This document shows positions 27,330 through 38,191 of a stretch of 41,286 bases of DNA, in pieces; position 1 is the first letter of the stretch, and each line of letters starts with the position of its first letter. The translations under genes and the position numbers were made by a program. The notes under the pieces were generated by a model, which was not told the DNA's origin, made no database searches, and saw only the letters and a list, made by a program, of their open reading frames with translations. Source of the DNA: a virus (taxonomy: Duplodnaviria; Heunggongvirae; Uroviricota; Caudoviricetes). Location of the stretch: IMG/VR virus record IMGVR_UViG_2565956711_000007. One strand, 5' to 3'.

Positions 27330-28241
27330 ATGGACCAAACCACCGACATTCAGGCTTCTGAAGAATTAACCCTGCCCGGCAATCATGCAGCGGCATCTGC
27401 TGATGGCTTAGTTGTCGATAATGCCAACGACAACGCAGGTCAGGAAGAAGGCTTCGAGATTGTCCTGAAAGACGATGAGAAACCAAAACAAGACCCGGCA
27501 ACTAATGCTGAATTTGCCCGTCGCCGCATCGAACGCAAACGCCAGCGTGAGCTTGAGCAGCAGATGGAAGCGGTTAAGCGTGGAGAGTTGCCGGAGCACC
27601 TGCGGGTGAACCCTGAGTTACCAAAACAACCAGACCCTAACGATTATCTTTCCGAAGATGCACTGGCTAAGTTCGACTATGACCAGAGCCGCGCACTGGC
27701 TGCCTTCCAGCAGGCAAACAGTGAATGGCAGATCAAGGCTATGGACGCACGAAGCCAGGCTGTCGCCGAGCAGGGTCGCAAAACTCAGGAGTTCACCCAG
27801 CAATCAGCGCAATACGTCGAGGCAGCCCGTAAGCACTACGACGCAGCGGAAAAGCTCAATATCCCTGACTATCAGGAGAAAGAGGACGTATTCATGCAAC
27901 TGGTGCCGCCAGCAGTCGGTGCCGACATCATGCGCCTCTTCCCGGAGAAATCCGCCGCTCTCATGTATCACCTTGGTGCTAATCCTGAGAAAACACGCCA
28001 GTTGATGGCGATGGACGGGCAATCCGCGCTGATTGAACTCACTCGACTGTCAGAACGTTTAACTCTCAAGCCTCGAGCCAAGCCTGTTTCAGAAGCCCCG
28101 TTACCTGATGAACCCATTCAGGGACACGCTGTTGCTGCAAATATCTCTGCGATTGAAAAGCAGATGGAAGCGGCAGCAAACAAAGGGGATGTAGAGACGT
28201 ACCGCAAGCTCAAGGCGCAACTGAATAAAGGAATTCGATAA
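27330..28241 (+). CDS. Scaffolding protein (P22 gp8-like)
   Basis: 303 aa; close to recalled P22 gp8. Confidence 0.92.
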   Translation: MDQTTDIQASEELTLPGNHAAASADGLVVDNANDNAGQEEGFEIVLKDDEKPKQDPATNAEFARRRIERKRQRELEQQMEAVKRGELPEHLRVNPELPKQPDPNDYLSEDALAKFDYDQSRALAAFQQANSEWQIKAMDARSQAVAEQGRKTQEFTQQSAQYVEAARKHYDAAEKLNIPDYQEKEDVFMQLVPPAVGADIMRLFPEKSAALMYHLGANPEKTRQLMAMDGQSALIELTRLSERLTLKPRAKPVSEAPLPDEPIQGHAVAANISAIEKQMEAAANKGDVETYRKLKAQLNKGIR

Positions 28242-29536
28242 TGGCATTAAATGAAGGTCAACTGGTCACGTATGCTCTGGATGAAATCATCGAAACCGTC
28301 CAGAACCTGACGCCAATGGCGTCAAAAGTGACAAAATACACCCCTCCGGCAGAATCCATGCAGCGTTCAAGCAACACCGTGTGGATGCCTGTTGAGCAGG
28401 AAGCGCCAACCCAGACTGGCTGGGATTTAACTGGCAACGCAACCGGGATTCTGGAACTCTCCGTGAAATGCAACATGGGCGATCCGGATAACGATTTCTT
28501 CGAGCTTCGTGCAGATGACCTGCGTGATGAGCGTTCTTACCGTCGCCGCATCCAGGCATCCGCCAAAAAACTGGCGAATAACATTGAGTCAGCGATTGCC
28601 AAACAGGCAACTGAAATGGGCTCGCTTGTTGTTCACGATACCCGCGCAATTGGTCCATCTACTGGCCTGTCTGGCTGGGATTTTGTGTCTGATGCAGAGC
28701 GCCTGATGTTCTCCCGTGAGCTAAACCGCGATATGGGCATCAGTTACTTCCTGAACCCTGACGATTACCGCAAAGCAGGCCGCAACCTGGTAGATGGTGA
28801 CATCTTCGGGCGCGTTCCTGAAGAAGCGTATCGCAACGGTACTATTCAGCGTCAGATTGCTGGCTTTGATGAAATTCTTCGCTCACCGAAACTTCCGGCA
28901 GTTACCAAGTCAACCGCTACTGGTGTAACTGTGTCTGGTGCGCAGAAGTTTAAGCCGCAGGCATACACCCTTGATACCGATGGTAACAAAGAGAACGTCG
29001 ACAACCGTGTTGCAACGGTGACCGTATCCTCCACCACCGGATTTAAGCGCGGCGACAAAATCAGCTTCACTGGTGTGAAATTCCTGTCTCAGATGGCGAA
29101 GAACGTGCTGACTGATGATGCGACTTTCTCAATCACCCGTGTGATCGATGGTACTCACATCGAAATCACGCCGAAACCGATTGCACTGGATGACGCGTCA
29201 CTGACAAAAGAAGAGAAGGCTTACGCTAACGTAAACACCTCTCTTGCTGATACCACTCCGGTAAACGTTCTGAACGTGGCAACAACCACCGCTAACGTGT
29301 TCTGGGCTGATGACTCAATCCGACTGCTGTCTCAGCCTATCCCGGTAACCCATGAGCTGTTTGCTGGCATGAAAACGTCTTCCTTCAGCATTCCTGGTAT
29401 TGGTGTTAACGGCATCTTCGCAACGCAGGGTGATATCAACACTCTGTCTGGTAAGTGCCGTATTGCTGTGTGGTATTCAGCATGTGCTGTACGACCAGAG
29501 GCAATTGGTGTTGGTCTGCCTAACCAGACCGCGTGA
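28241..29536 (+). CDS. Major coat protein (P22 gp5-like)
   Basis: 431 aa; MALNEGQ.VT...DEIIET... as in P22 coat. Confidence 0.95.
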   Translation: MALNEGQLVTYALDEIIETVQNLTPMASKVTKYTPPAESMQRSSNTVWMPVEQEAPTQTGWDLTGNATGILELSVKCNMGDPDNDFFELRADDLRDERSYRRRIQASAKKLANNIESAIAKQATEMGSLVVHDTRAIGPSTGLSGWDFVSDAERLMFSRELNRDMGISYFLNPDDYRKAGRNLVDGDIFGRVPEEAYRNGTIQRQIAGFDEILRSPKLPAVTKSTATGVTVSGAQKFKPQAYTLDTDGNKENVDNRVATVTVSSTTGFKRGDKISFTGVKFLSQMAKNVLTDDATFSITRVIDGTHIEITPKPIALDDASLTKEEKAYANVNTSLADTTPVNVLNVATTTANVFWADDSIRLLSQPIPVTHELFAGMKTSSFSIPGIGVNGIFATQGDINTLSGKCRIAVWYSACAVRPEAIGVGLPNQTA

Positions 29537-29544
29537 TAACCAGA

Positions 29545-29566
29545 GGGAGCTTCGGCTCCCTTTTCT
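29545..29566 (+). terminator. Rho-independent terminator right after coat gene
   Basis: GGGAGC TTCG GCTCCC then TTTTCT. Confidence 0.65.
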
Positions 29567-29579
29567 ATTGGAGATACCA

Positions 29580-30173
29580 ATGAGCGTAATGATTTTTCAG
29601 GCTGGCGGAGATACCAAAATCTGGGGGCGCAAGCTGAAAACGAAAACCGTTGATCCTGATGATGTAGCTGTGCACTTAGCAAATGGCTGGTATAAGCACC
29701 CTGACGATGTTCCTGATGATCCTCTTGTTGGTGATCAAATTGGGAGTGTTGGCGGAGGTGAAACTTCCCCAGTTGATATGGGCGAAGTGTCCGACGGTTA
29801 TCACACTTTTAACGAGCTTTACGCTCACCGAGTGCGCCTCTTCTCATCGCTGATGCATGCTTACGCTGAGCTTTCGTGGTGGTCTCGCAAACACAGTGAC
29901 GGTGAAGAGTGGGATGGCTGGATCATTGCTGGTATCACCACTCCAGAAGGCGAAATCACTTATCACCTACCTGTTGAAGAAATCGAGTTCCTTCCTGAAG
30001 GTACTGAGCTTGAGTTCGGGAAAGAGTGGGATGGTCATGAAGCAAATGATGTTCTTGGACGACTCCTGAGTTTGCGTCCGGCTATTGCAGAGCCAGAGCC
30101 AGAAGAAAAACAGCGTAAAAAGCCTGGTCGAAAACCTAAGGCGGCAGCAGATGAACCTGACAACGAAGGGTGA
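29580..30173 (+). CDS. Hypothetical acidic protein between coat and gp4
   Basis: 197 aa from ATG 29580 (GGAG 6 nt upstream); longer tool ORF from 29400 runs through the terminator. Confidence 0.55.
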   Translation: MSVMIFQAGGDTKIWGRKLKTKTVDPDDVAVHLANGWYKHPDDVPDDPLVGDQIGSVGGGETSPVDMGEVSDGYHTFNELYAHRVRLFSSLMHAYAELSWWSRKHSDGEEWDGWIIAGITTPEGEITYHLPVEEIEFLPEGTELEFGKEWDGHEANDVLGRLLSLRPAIAEPEPEEKQRKKPGRKPKAAADEPDNEG

Positions 30174-30651
30174 TTTAGTCCTTGCAGCATTACGTAAGCT
30201 CGGTGTTGCATCAAATGCCACGTTAACCGATGTCGAACCGCAGTCTATGGAAGACGGCGTCAACGACCTTGAAATGATGATGGCTGAATGGCTTGGCGGT
30301 GATGTGTCACCTGGTATCAACGTTGGCTACATTTTTGCTGATGCAGATGTCGCTCCGGATCCGGGCGATGAGCACGGTTTATCAAATAACGCTATCAATG
30401 CCGTCATTTTCAACCTTGCCTGCCGCATTGCTCCGGATTATGCGCTGGAATCGTCAGCAAAACTTATAACCACTGCCAGATACGGGAAAGAGCGACTCGT
30501 CAAACTGTCTGCAATGGACAGAGCAAAAGCCGCTAAATGTAAGTCCGGTTATCCAAACCGTATGCCTGTTGGTAGCGGTAACCAGTTGGCGAAGTGGAAC
30601 GGTTGGAATTACTTCCACCGGAAGGAACCTTGCGATAACGGGAGCGAATAA
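30148..30651 (+). CDS. Head-to-tail adaptor / tail accessory factor (P22 gp4-like)
   Basis: 167 aa from ATG 30148; [26 protein letters not shown] as in P22 gp4. Confidence 0.85.
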   Translation, partial: QMNLTTKGDLVLAALRKLGVASNATLTDVEPQSMEDGVNDLEMMMAEWLGGDVSPGINVGYIFADADVAPDPGDEHGLSNNAINAVIFNLACRIAPDYALESSAKLITTARYGKERLVKLSAMDRAKAAKCKSGYPNRMPVGSGNQLAKWNGWNYFHRKEPCDNGSE

Positions 30652-32070
30652 ATGCCGATTCAGCAACTTCCGCTTATGAAAGGTGTCGGCAAAGACTTTC
30701 GAAACGCTGACTATATCGACTATCTGCCAGTGAATATGCTGGCTACACCCAAAGAAATACTCAACAGCAGCGGATATCTTCGCTCATTCCCGGGCATTGC
30801 CAAACGTTCTGATGTGAATGGTGTATCGCGCGGTGTCGAGTACAACATGGCGCAGAATGCTGTTTATCGCGTGTGTGGTGGCAAGTTGTATAATGGCGAA
30901 AGCGAGGTCGGTGATGTTGCCGGAAGTGGTCGCGTATCAATGGCGCATGGGCGAACATCTCAGGCGGTAGGCGTTAATGGTCAACTGGTCGAGTATCGCT
31001 ATGATGGCACGGTTAAAACAGTCTCAAACTGGCCTACAGACAGCGGATTCACTCAGTATGAGTTAGGTTCGGTTCGCGACATTACGCGCTTACGTGGGCG
31101 TTATGCGTGGTCAAAAGACGGAACTGATTCATGGTTTATCACTGACCTTGAAGACGAATCGCACCCTGACCGATACAGTGCGCAATATCGCGCAGAATCG
31201 CAGCCTGACGGCATCATCGGCATAGGTACATGGCGAGACTTCATCGTCTGCTTTGGTTCATCGACGATTGAATATTTTTCCCTGACAGGTGCAACCACCG
31301 TTGGTGCCGCTTTGTATGTCGCACAGCCATCGCTGATGGTGCAGAAAGGTATTGCCGGGACTTACTGCAAAACGCCGTTTGCTGATTCGTATGCGTTCAT
31401 CAGCAATCCGGCAACTGGTGCGCCGTCTGTATACATCATTGGCTCCGGTCAGGTGTCACCAATCGCCAGCGCGAGCATTGAGAAAATTCTCCGCTCCTAC
31501 ACTGCTGATGAACTGGCTGATGGTGTGATGGAGTCTCTGCGATTTGATGCGCATGAGCTGCTGATTATCCATCTTCCGCGCCATGTTCTGGTGTACGACG
31601 CATCTTCAAGCGCCAATGGTCCGCAATGGTGTGTGCTGAAAACAGGCCTGTATGACGATGTGTACCGCGCTATCGACTTCATTTACGAAGGCAATCAGAT
31701 AACGTGCGGCGATAAGCTGGAATCGGTTACTGGCAAATTGCAGTTCGATATCAGCAGCCAGTATGGGCTTCAACAGGAACACCTGCTGTTTACTCCACTG
31801 TTCAAAGCGGATAACGCCAGAGTGTTCGACCTTGAGATTGAATCGTCAACTGGCGTTGCGCAGTATGCTGACCGCCTTTTTCTCTCTGCAACCACTGACG
31901 GCATCAATTACGGGCGTGAGCAGATGATTGAGCAGAATGAACCGTTCGTTTACGACAAACGCGTTTTGTGGAAGCGAGTAGGGCGCATCAGGAAAAATGT
32001 CGGCTTCAAATTGCGCGTTATCACGAAGTCACCTGTCACTCTGTCTGGCTGCCAGATAAGGATTGAGTAA
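30652..32070 (+). CDS. Tail hub protein (P22 gp10-like)
   Basis: 472 aa, same length and position as P22 gp10. Confidence 0.85.
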   Translation: MPIQQLPLMKGVGKDFRNADYIDYLPVNMLATPKEILNSSGYLRSFPGIAKRSDVNGVSRGVEYNMAQNAVYRVCGGKLYNGESEVGDVAGSGRVSMAHGRTSQAVGVNGQLVEYRYDGTVKTVSNWPTDSGFTQYELGSVRDITRLRGRYAWSKDGTDSWFITDLEDESHPDRYSAQYRAESQPDGIIGIGTWRDFIVCFGSSTIEYFSLTGATTVGAALYVAQPSLMVQKGIAGTYCKTPFADSYAFISNPATGAPSVYIIGSGQVSPIASASIEKILRSYTADELADGVMESLRFDAHELLIIHLPRHVLVYDASSSANGPQWCVLKTGLYDDVYRAIDFIYEGNQITCGDKLESVTGKLQFDISSQYGLQQEHLLFTPLFKADNARVFDLEIESSTGVAQYADRLFLSATTDGINYGREQMIEQNEPFVYDKRVLWKRVGRIRKNVGFKLRVITKSPVTLSGCQIRIE

Positions 32071-32771
32071 TGGCTGATTCGAATCTCAACACCCCTGTTA
32101 TTGTGCAGGCGACGCGGCTCGATACATCAATACTTCCACGCAATATCTTCTCGCAGTCGTATCTGCTTTACGTTATTGCACAGGGCACTGATGTTGGTAA
32201 CGTAGCTAACAAGGCCAACGAGGCCGGACAGGGTGCTTATGACGCACAAGTCAGGAACGATGAGCAGGATGTGATTCTGGTCGATCACGAAGAAAGAATT
32301 CGTCAGCTCCGCATTGAAGTAGATGACCATGAAATCCGTATTGCTGCGAATACTGCGGCAATTGCAGCGCTGGATGTCAGACTAACCACGGCTGAGGGAG
32401 AAATAGTCACCTTACAGGATGACGTCAGCGCTCTTGATGGCCGGGTTACGACTGCTGAGAGCAACATTTCTGCATTACAGGACGACTATGTATCGAAAAC
32501 AGCCACTGCAACACAATCGCTGGCATCTCCCCTCAATGTAACAACATCCTATTCGGTCGGCGGCACCAAGGTTATTGGTGCTCGTCAGACAGGGTGGACG
32601 CCGGGAACTGGTACCGCCAATCTCGGCACTTTCAATGCCGATCAGTCATTCACTGTCGGCGCGGCATACTCACAGGCAGAGGTTAAGGCCATTGCCAATG
32701 CGCTTATAGCGGCTCGCAAACGCATTCTGGCGCTTGAGCAGGCCATGAGAACCCACGGACAAATCGACTAA
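32070..32771 (+). CDS. Tail needle / cell-envelope penetrating protein (P22 gp26-like)
   Basis: 233 aa; N-terminus [18 protein letters not shown] and coiled-coil heptads as in gp26. Confidence 0.9.
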   Translation: MADSNLNTPVIVQATRLDTSILPRNIFSQSYLLYVIAQGTDVGNVANKANEAGQGAYDAQVRNDEQDVILVDHEERIRQLRIEVDDHEIRIAANTAAIAALDVRLTTAEGEIVTLQDDVSALDGRVTTAESNISALQDDYVSKTATATQSLASPLNVTTSYSVGGTKVIGARQTGWTPGTGTANLGTFNADQSFTVGAAYSQAEVKAIANALIAARKRILALEQAMRTHGQID

Positions 32772-32779
32772 GGACACCC

Positions 32780-33148
32780 ATGTTAACAAAAATCGATGCT
32801 CTCACCGGGCAGGGGTTGATGCGCCTGTGGGGCGTCCCTTCATGGCCTGATTTCGATGCCAGTTACTGGCTTTGGGAGGTTTGCGGAGTGTTCGTGACGA
32901 TTGACCATGGCGACCACGTCGACCTACACATGGCGATGAAGCCTGGCGAGCGCCACCGATGCCGGGATGCCGTGGCGGATGTATTGGGGATGATTGGCGA
33001 CCGGGAAGTGCATGCACTGATTGAGGATCAGTACAAGAAGGTCACTAACCTGGCAAAAAAAATGGGATTCCGTCACGAAGGGATGTTCACAGGTGAACGC
33101 CTCGACGGTTCCGTGACAAAAGTAATCAAAATGGTGAGGTTTGTATGA
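32780..33148 (+). CDS. Virion protein in P22 gp14 position
   Basis: 122 aa; AAGGA SD; assignment by position only. Confidence 0.5.
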   Translation: MLTKIDALTGQGLMRLWGVPSWPDFDASYWLWEVCGVFVTIDHGDHVDLHMAMKPGERHRCRDAVADVLGMIGDREVHALIEDQYKKVTNLAKKMGFRHEGMFTGERLDGSVTKVIKMVRFV

Positions 33149-33741
33149 GCTTTGTAGGCAAGGCGCTAAATAGCGTTGTGGGTGGCATCACTGGCGCTAA
33201 TAAGGCCGCCGATGCTCAGATAGGCGCGGCGAAAGACTCTAACCAGATGGCCTGGAATATCTACCAGGACCAGAAGAAAACCAACCAGCCATTCCTGAAT
33301 GCAGGATTGACCGGTTTAACAGGGTTGCAGGGTATTGCAGGTAAGCCAATCGACCGTAACGCCTCGCTCGCTGAGTATTACGCGTCTCCGGAATACCAAA
33401 TGCTTAGCGACCAGGCTCGCTATCAAAGCCTTAATGCTGCGGAGGCAACCGGCGGCCTGGGGTCAACCGCTACCGGGAATATGCTCGCTTCTATTGCACC
33501 ACAGCTCGGGCAAAACTACCTGTCAATGCTGACCGATCAGCAGAACAACATGTACGGCCAGTTGCTCGGCCTCACTAACGTAGGGCTTTCTGCGGCAGGA
33601 GCTAACAACGCGGCGGCTGGCGATTACTCAAACGCTTATGGCAATAACATGCAGCAGATCGGGGCTTCCAAAGCAGGCAAGGCGCAATCCGGCTTCAATT
33701 CGCTTATGCAGATTGGTGGCGTGGCTTCTGGCTTCTACTAA
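33145..33741 (+). CDS. Ejection (internal) protein, gp7 position
   Basis: 198 aa; Gly/Ala/Asn-rich; by position. Confidence 0.6.
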   Translation: MSFVGKALNSVVGGITGANKAADAQIGAAKDSNQMAWNIYQDQKKTNQPFLNAGLTGLTGLQGIAGKPIDRNASLAEYYASPEYQMLSDQARYQSLNAAEATGGLGSTATGNMLASIAPQLGQNYLSMLTDQQNNMYGQLLGLTNVGLSAAGANNAAAGDYSNAYGNNMQQIGASKAGKAQSGFNSLMQIGGVASGFY

Positions 33742-33757
33742 ATATCAGAGGTGAATG

Positions 33758-35062
33758 ATGGTTGTCGAACCTATTGATTATTCTGCGTCCACTGGTCGCG
33801 CACTGCTTCAAGGGCTTACTGCTGGCCGGGCAATTCAGGGGATGCGTCAAACTTCTCAGGAGATGGATGCGGCAGCACAGCAACGAGAGCGCCAGCAAGC
33901 CGCATATACTGCGTTGCAGAATGCCAGGCCGGAGGATTTACCAGCGCTGCGCATGCAGTATCCAGAGTTTGCAGATGTTATTCAGAAAGAAATCGGCATT
34001 CAGGATGCTGAACATGCAGCGTTCGTTAATAAGGCGCTCAATAACCTCTCGGTGGCCTATGCATCAGGTAACCCGCAGATGATGCAGCAAGCCATTCATT
34101 CCGGCGCCCCGGCATTAGCTTCGATGAATGTTCCAGCTGATGAAGCTTGGCAGCTCTATCAGAGCGATCCGCAGCAGTTCGGCTCCCTGTTGAAAGCGTC
34201 AATGTACGCAACGATGCCTATTGAGAAGCAGGTAGATGCGCAGCAGAAAGAAGCTGAACTTAAGGAGGACGCCCGCCAGGCTGACATGCAGAACGCCACC
34301 ACGCGACAGGGGCAGCAGCTCTCATATGGCGCTCAGATGGCTCGTCTGAATCACGATAAATACGTATACAGGCAGTCACAGGCGGCGCTTAAAAAATATG
34401 GCGACGTTCAGGACATGGACACCCTGGCGTTAAACTCTCAAATCGCCTCTACGGGAGTTGACCCTTTAACCGGCAAGCCAGCAACCGGCGCGCGAATGGG
34501 GCAGGCCAGAAAGTGGCTTGAGGGTAATAACGGCTATAACGAAGCGCTAATCACTGGCGAAAGGGGGATCGAGAAGATTGATTCCGTACTGGGTAAGCCA
34601 GAATTAGAAGGCATTGGCAGGTATGCGGGAAGGATGCCTGATGCAACCACCTCAGAAGAGGGCCTGTCGAACAGGAACGCCATTGAAGAGCTTAAGTCTG
34701 GCGCTTTCGTTCAGAACGTTCAGATGCTCAGAGGCTTGGGAGCACTGTCGAACGCAGAAGGCAGCAAGCTCGAAAACCTGATCGCCCGCCTCGATGTTAC
34801 ACAACCAGCTGACGTGGTGAAAAAGCAGCTTGGAGAAATTCGCAGCCAATATTCTGTACTGCAAAAGGTGGCAGGCCGTGAAGCTGAGTCCATGGGCTAC
34901 AGCTCGCAGGGTTACGATACCTATGTGTCAGAAAGGCAAGCGCAGAAGGATCAACCGCAGGCAGGCGCAGCAGGGCAGTCAACTCGTGAAGGCATGACAG
35001 CCACAAATCCAAAAACGGGGCAGCAAATCATTTATAGGAATGGGAAATGGCAACCGATGTAG
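33758..35062 (+). CDS. Ejection protein, gp20 position
   Basis: 434 aa from ATG 33758 (GAGGTG 5 nt upstream); by position. Confidence 0.65.
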   Translation: MVVEPIDYSASTGRALLQGLTAGRAIQGMRQTSQEMDAAAQQRERQQAAYTALQNARPEDLPALRMQYPEFADVIQKEIGIQDAEHAAFVNKALNNLSVAYASGNPQMMQQAIHSGAPALASMNVPADEAWQLYQSDPQQFGSLLKASMYATMPIEKQVDAQQKEAELKEDARQADMQNATTRQGQQLSYGAQMARLNHDKYVYRQSQAALKKYGDVQDMDTLALNSQIASTGVDPLTGKPATGARMGQARKWLEGNNGYNEALITGERGIEKIDSVLGKPELEGIGRYAGRMPDATTSEEGLSNRNAIEELKSGAFVQNVQMLRGLGALSNAEGSKLENLIARLDVTQPADVVKKQLGEIRSQYSVLQKVAGREAESMGYSSQGYDTYVSERQAQKDQPQAGAAGQSTREGMTATNPKTGQQIIYRNGKWQPM

Positions 35063-37017
35063 GATTACCTGAAGGTTTTGTACTGGATAGTCAGTCTGAC
35101 AATTCACAATTGCCAGAAGGTTTTGTGCTTGATTCGCAGCCATCTACTGATAATTCACTTGCATCAGGATATGCACAGCTTGCTACTCAGCAGAAGGAAG
35201 GTCTAGATCGCTCTGCTGAGCAAGGGGCTGGGTTAGGTGCTGCAATGCGCGATGCCGTTACTGGTGAAAGCCGGATGACACCAGAAATGGAGAGATTGCA
35301 AAATGTTGGTTCTGCTCCAGAGCTTAATAGCCTAAGCACCGACGCGCTGCGTGCTGGATGGGGTCAACTATTTGGCTCCGACGCTTCACAGGAGAAGATC
35401 CTACAAAGCATGGGCGGGAAAATCAGACAGGATGAGAAGGGTAATTCCATCGTCACTCTTCCTTCTGGCGAATATGCACTTAACAAGCCTGGCCTGTCAC
35501 CGCAGGATGTAACGTCATTCCTGGCAAACGCCCTTGCATTCACCCCAGCAGGCAGAGCAGGGTCTGTTGCAGGTGCAACGTTAAAGTCAGGTGCTACTGA
35601 TTTAGCCATACAGGGGGTTACACAGGCGGCAGGCGGTGAGGACATCAATCCAGCTCAAGCTGCAATTTCCGCTGGCCTTGGTGGGGTATTGAAAGGAGCT
35701 GAAAACACCGCAAGCGCTGTGTCCCGTTCGGCCATGGGTAAGATAGCACCTGAAAAGCAGGCGCAGATTGATTTTGCCAGGCAGAACAACCTGCCACTGA
35801 TGACAACAGATCTTGTGGAACCGGGAACAAATATTGGTAAGCAAGCACGAGCTATGGCTGAGCGAATCCCAATAGCCGGAACAGGTGGGATAAGAAATGC
35901 ACAGCAAAAGGCCAGGGAAGATTTAGTTAGAACATTTAGCGATAATGTTGGCGGAATATCTGACGCACAACTTTACCAATCAGCTACTCGTGGTCAGCAG
36001 CAATTTATTCAGGCTGCTGGCAAGAGGTACGACAGGATCATCAGTTTGATGGGGGATACTCCTGTTGACATCACTGGAACAGTGAAAGCAATTGATGATC
36101 AGATTTCCAAGTTAACTCGCCCAGGAGTATCGCAAGACCGCTCAGCTGTTTCTGTCCTTCAACAGTTTAGAAATGACATCACCAGCGGTCCAAATAACCT
36201 GCAATTAGCTAGAGAAAACCGCACAAACTTACGTAAGCGCTTTATGGCAGCACCTGACGAGGTCGATAGAGATACGCTGGAGAAAGCTGCGCAGTCTGTT
36301 TATAACGCATACACAACGGACATGAAAAAAGCGGTTGGCGCAAAACTAGGTGCGAAGGAAGCGCAAAACATGTCGCGTGTTGATCGTTCTTGGGCAAAGT
36401 TCAACGACATGATGAGCAATACACGTGTCCAAAAAGCTATTCAGAGTGGTAAAACAACGCCAGAAGATGTCACTAAACTAGTATTCAGCCAAAGCCCAGC
36501 GGAAAGGGCGCAACTTTATAGATTGCTTGATGACAAGGGGAGGCAGAATGCTAGGGCTGCAATTGTTCAAAGAGCCATGGATAAAGCTGTGAAACCTAAT
36601 GGGGAACTGAGCGTTGAGAATTTCATTAATGAAATGCATCGAAATAGGAAGCAGGCAGCGACTTTCTTTCGTGGTGAGCACGGAAAACAACTTGATGGGG
36701 TGATTAAATATCTTGACTCAACAAGGCAGGCGGCAACAGCAGCGGCTAGCCCTCTTACAGGACAAATGTTCGCTGGCCCAGCAGCCTTGGTGACAGCTCT
36801 AACCTCATCAATTAGCCCTCCAGTGGCAAAGGTAGCGGCAGTCGGCACTGCGATTGGGTTGGGTGGTAGAGCATATGAATCAAGAGCAATGAGAAATGCA
36901 TTGCTAAAACTTGCTAATACCCCAAAGGGAAGTACAGCCTATGATCGAGCTATCAGAAATGTATCTGAGAAACTAGCTCCAATAATGCAGGCCTCTGTTG
37001 AAAAGGGTCAGCAATGA
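35047..37017 (+). CDS. Ejection protein, gp16 position, with N-terminal duplicated LPEGFVLDSQ motif
   Basis: 656 aa; 30-nt direct repeat at 35065-35094 and 35110-35139. Confidence 0.7.
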   Translation: MATDVGLPEGFVLDSQSDNSQLPEGFVLDSQPSTDNSLASGYAQLATQQKEGLDRSAEQGAGLGAAMRDAVTGESRMTPEMERLQNVGSAPELNSLSTDALRAGWGQLFGSDASQEKILQSMGGKIRQDEKGNSIVTLPSGEYALNKPGLSPQDVTSFLANALAFTPAGRAGSVAGATLKSGATDLAIQGVTQAAGGEDINPAQAAISAGLGGVLKGAENTASAVSRSAMGKIAPEKQAQIDFARQNNLPLMTTDLVEPGTNIGKQARAMAERIPIAGTGGIRNAQQKAREDLVRTFSDNVGGISDAQLYQSATRGQQQFIQAAGKRYDRIISLMGDTPVDITGTVKAIDDQISKLTRPGVSQDRSAVSVLQQFRNDITSGPNNLQLARENRTNLRKRFMAAPDEVDRDTLEKAAQSVYNAYTTDMKKAVGAKLGAKEAQNMSRVDRSWAKFNDMMSNTRVQKAIQSGKTTPEDVTKLVFSQSPAERAQLYRLLDDKGRQNARAAIVQRAMDKAVKPNGELSVENFINEMHRNRKQAATFFRGEHGKQLDGVIKYLDSTRQAATAAASPLTGQMFAGPAALVTALTSSISPPVAKVAAVGTAIGLGGRAYESRAMRNALLKLANTPKGSTAYDRAIRNVSEKLAPIMQASVEKGQQ

Positions 37018-37034
37018 GTTTTAGCCAAGGATGG

Positions 37035-37136
37035 CTAGTTGCTTTCTAAATCTTTAACTCGCTTCTTGAGAGCCACTAACTCTGCATAGAGTGCGCAACA
37101 GGCTATGCCAAGCACGAATACGATTATTTCTAACAC
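37035..37136 (-). CDS. Putative small hydrophobic peptide (33 aa)
   Basis: GTG start with AGGAGG 5 nt upstream; MLEIIVFVLGIACCALYAELVALKKRVKDLESN; too short for the ORF track. Confidence 0.25.
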   Translation of the reverse strand: MLEIIVFVLGIACCALYAELVALKKRVKDLESN

Positions 37137-37160
37137 ACTAGCCTCCTATAAGGAAATGCC

Positions 37161-37346
37161 ATGACCATAGAAGAACGCCTGAACAACATCGAGTTGAATC
37201 AAACCCTGCTTGACCAGCGCCTTTCAGATCTTGAGCTTAAAGATCTTGATGCGCAAATATCAGAAGCAGAAGCCAAGCTCTCCAGCTTAAACCACCGTAA
37301 GAAGCAAATCCGCAATAGAATTACTCAGGGACGCGGAAGTTGTTGA
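37161..37346 (+). CDS. Hypothetical coiled-coil protein (61 aa)
   Basis: AAGGA 6 nt upstream of ATG 37161. Confidence 0.4.
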   Translation: MTIEERLNNIELNQTLLDQRLSDLELKDLDAQISEAEAKLSSLNHRKKQIRNRITQGRGSC

Positions 37347-37355
37347 AATCATAGT

Positions 37356-37673
37356 CTATTTTTTCTCAGAGCTCATATTGTAATAGGTGGTATAAATAGA
37401 GATTGATTTCTGACATGCTTCAAGAAATTGCTGCGGAGTCATCCCAAGCCTTGCTTGCTCTGTAGTAAGGAATCTCTGTAAGAATTCATTCCCACCCGGC
37501 ATGTTTGTAGATTCTTGGAATATTGCCATTTGTTTGATTGCACCACACATACCAGCCATTTTCGAAGCTATCATGAGGCCTTGTATTTCATCAAAACTGC
37601 TATCGTCTGATTTTGTTTCTGCGTTAGCTATGCTCGAGAGACACAGGAGCAATAGGATAGCGATACGTTTCAT
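37356..37673 (-). CDS. Secreted small protein (signal peptide, two Cys), co-transcribed with mnt
   Basis: MKRIAILLLLCLSSIANA signal; ATG overlaps mnt stop (ATGA); AT-rich. Confidence 0.6.
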   Translation of the reverse strand: MKRIAILLLLCLSSIANAETKSDDSSFDEIQGLMIASKMAGMCGAIKQMAIFQESTNMPGGNEFLQRFLTTEQARLGMTPQQFLEACQKSISIYTTYYNMSSEKK

Positions 37674-37921
37674 TTTTCACCATTGCCATGCATACATTTT
37701 AACTTCTCAACATCATGCTCAAGCTCTATCAGTCGCGATGCTATAGTTGCAAGATCTAGTGCTTGAATGTGTTTGTTTTTTTCGGTCCATGCTTCAAGTG
37801 CTGCGACCATCTCAGCATTTAATGAACGAGAATTAGCCTCAGCCAGTTCAATAAGACGTTCCTTTATCTCTACAGGAAGCCTCAGATTCACTTGAGGGTT
37901 TTTGTACTTACGATCAGACAT
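37670..37921 (-). CDS. mnt: Mnt-like ribbon-helix-helix repressor
   Basis: 83 aa (same as P22 Mnt); RHH N-terminus QVNLRLPVEIKERLIELAEANSRSLNAEMVAAL. Confidence 0.75.
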   Translation of the reverse strand: MSDRKYKNPQVNLRLPVEIKERLIELAEANSRSLNAEMVAALEAWTEKNKHIQALDLATIASRLIELEHDVEKLKCMHGNGEK

Positions 37922-38026
37922 CGGCGCATCCTGAATAATTTTTTACCACAGGATATGTAGGTATCTATTGACTATCAATGCGTACCTAAATACTATGTAT
38001 GCGTACCACATACAACGGAGGATGCA
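37922..38026. promoter_or_regulatory. Divergent Pant / Pmnt promoter and operator region
   Basis: Pant -35 TTGACT (37968-37973), 17-nt spacer, -10 TACTAT (37991-37996); palindrome ATTGA-CTA-TCAAT (37967-37979); direct repeats TGCGTACC at 37979-37986 and 38000-38007. Confidence 0.6.
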
Positions 38027-38167
38027 ATGAAGGTAAAAACACTGCGTATGCCAGAGAAGCTAGAAAAAATTCTTGAAGAAAAAGCAAAGGAAGAGTGTCG
38101 CTCATTCAGCGCAGAAGTAATTAAACGGGTGCTGGACAGCCTGAGGAGAGAGGGGATAACGGTGTGA
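38027..38167 (+). CDS. arc: Arc-like ribbon-helix-helix repressor
   Basis: 46 aa [46 protein letters not shown]; GGAGG 5 nt upstream; too short for ORF track. Confidence 0.7.
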   Translation: MKVKTLRMPEKLEKILEEKAKEECRSFSAEVIKRVLDSLRREGITV

Positions 38168-38191
38168 TTCGCTTGGATGCGGCAAAGAAAT

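Noticed and set aside
29400-29579. Upstream extension of the post-coat ORF to 29400
   Set aside because: Extension overlaps the coat gene end and runs through an intrinsic terminator; ATG 29580 has a proper SD
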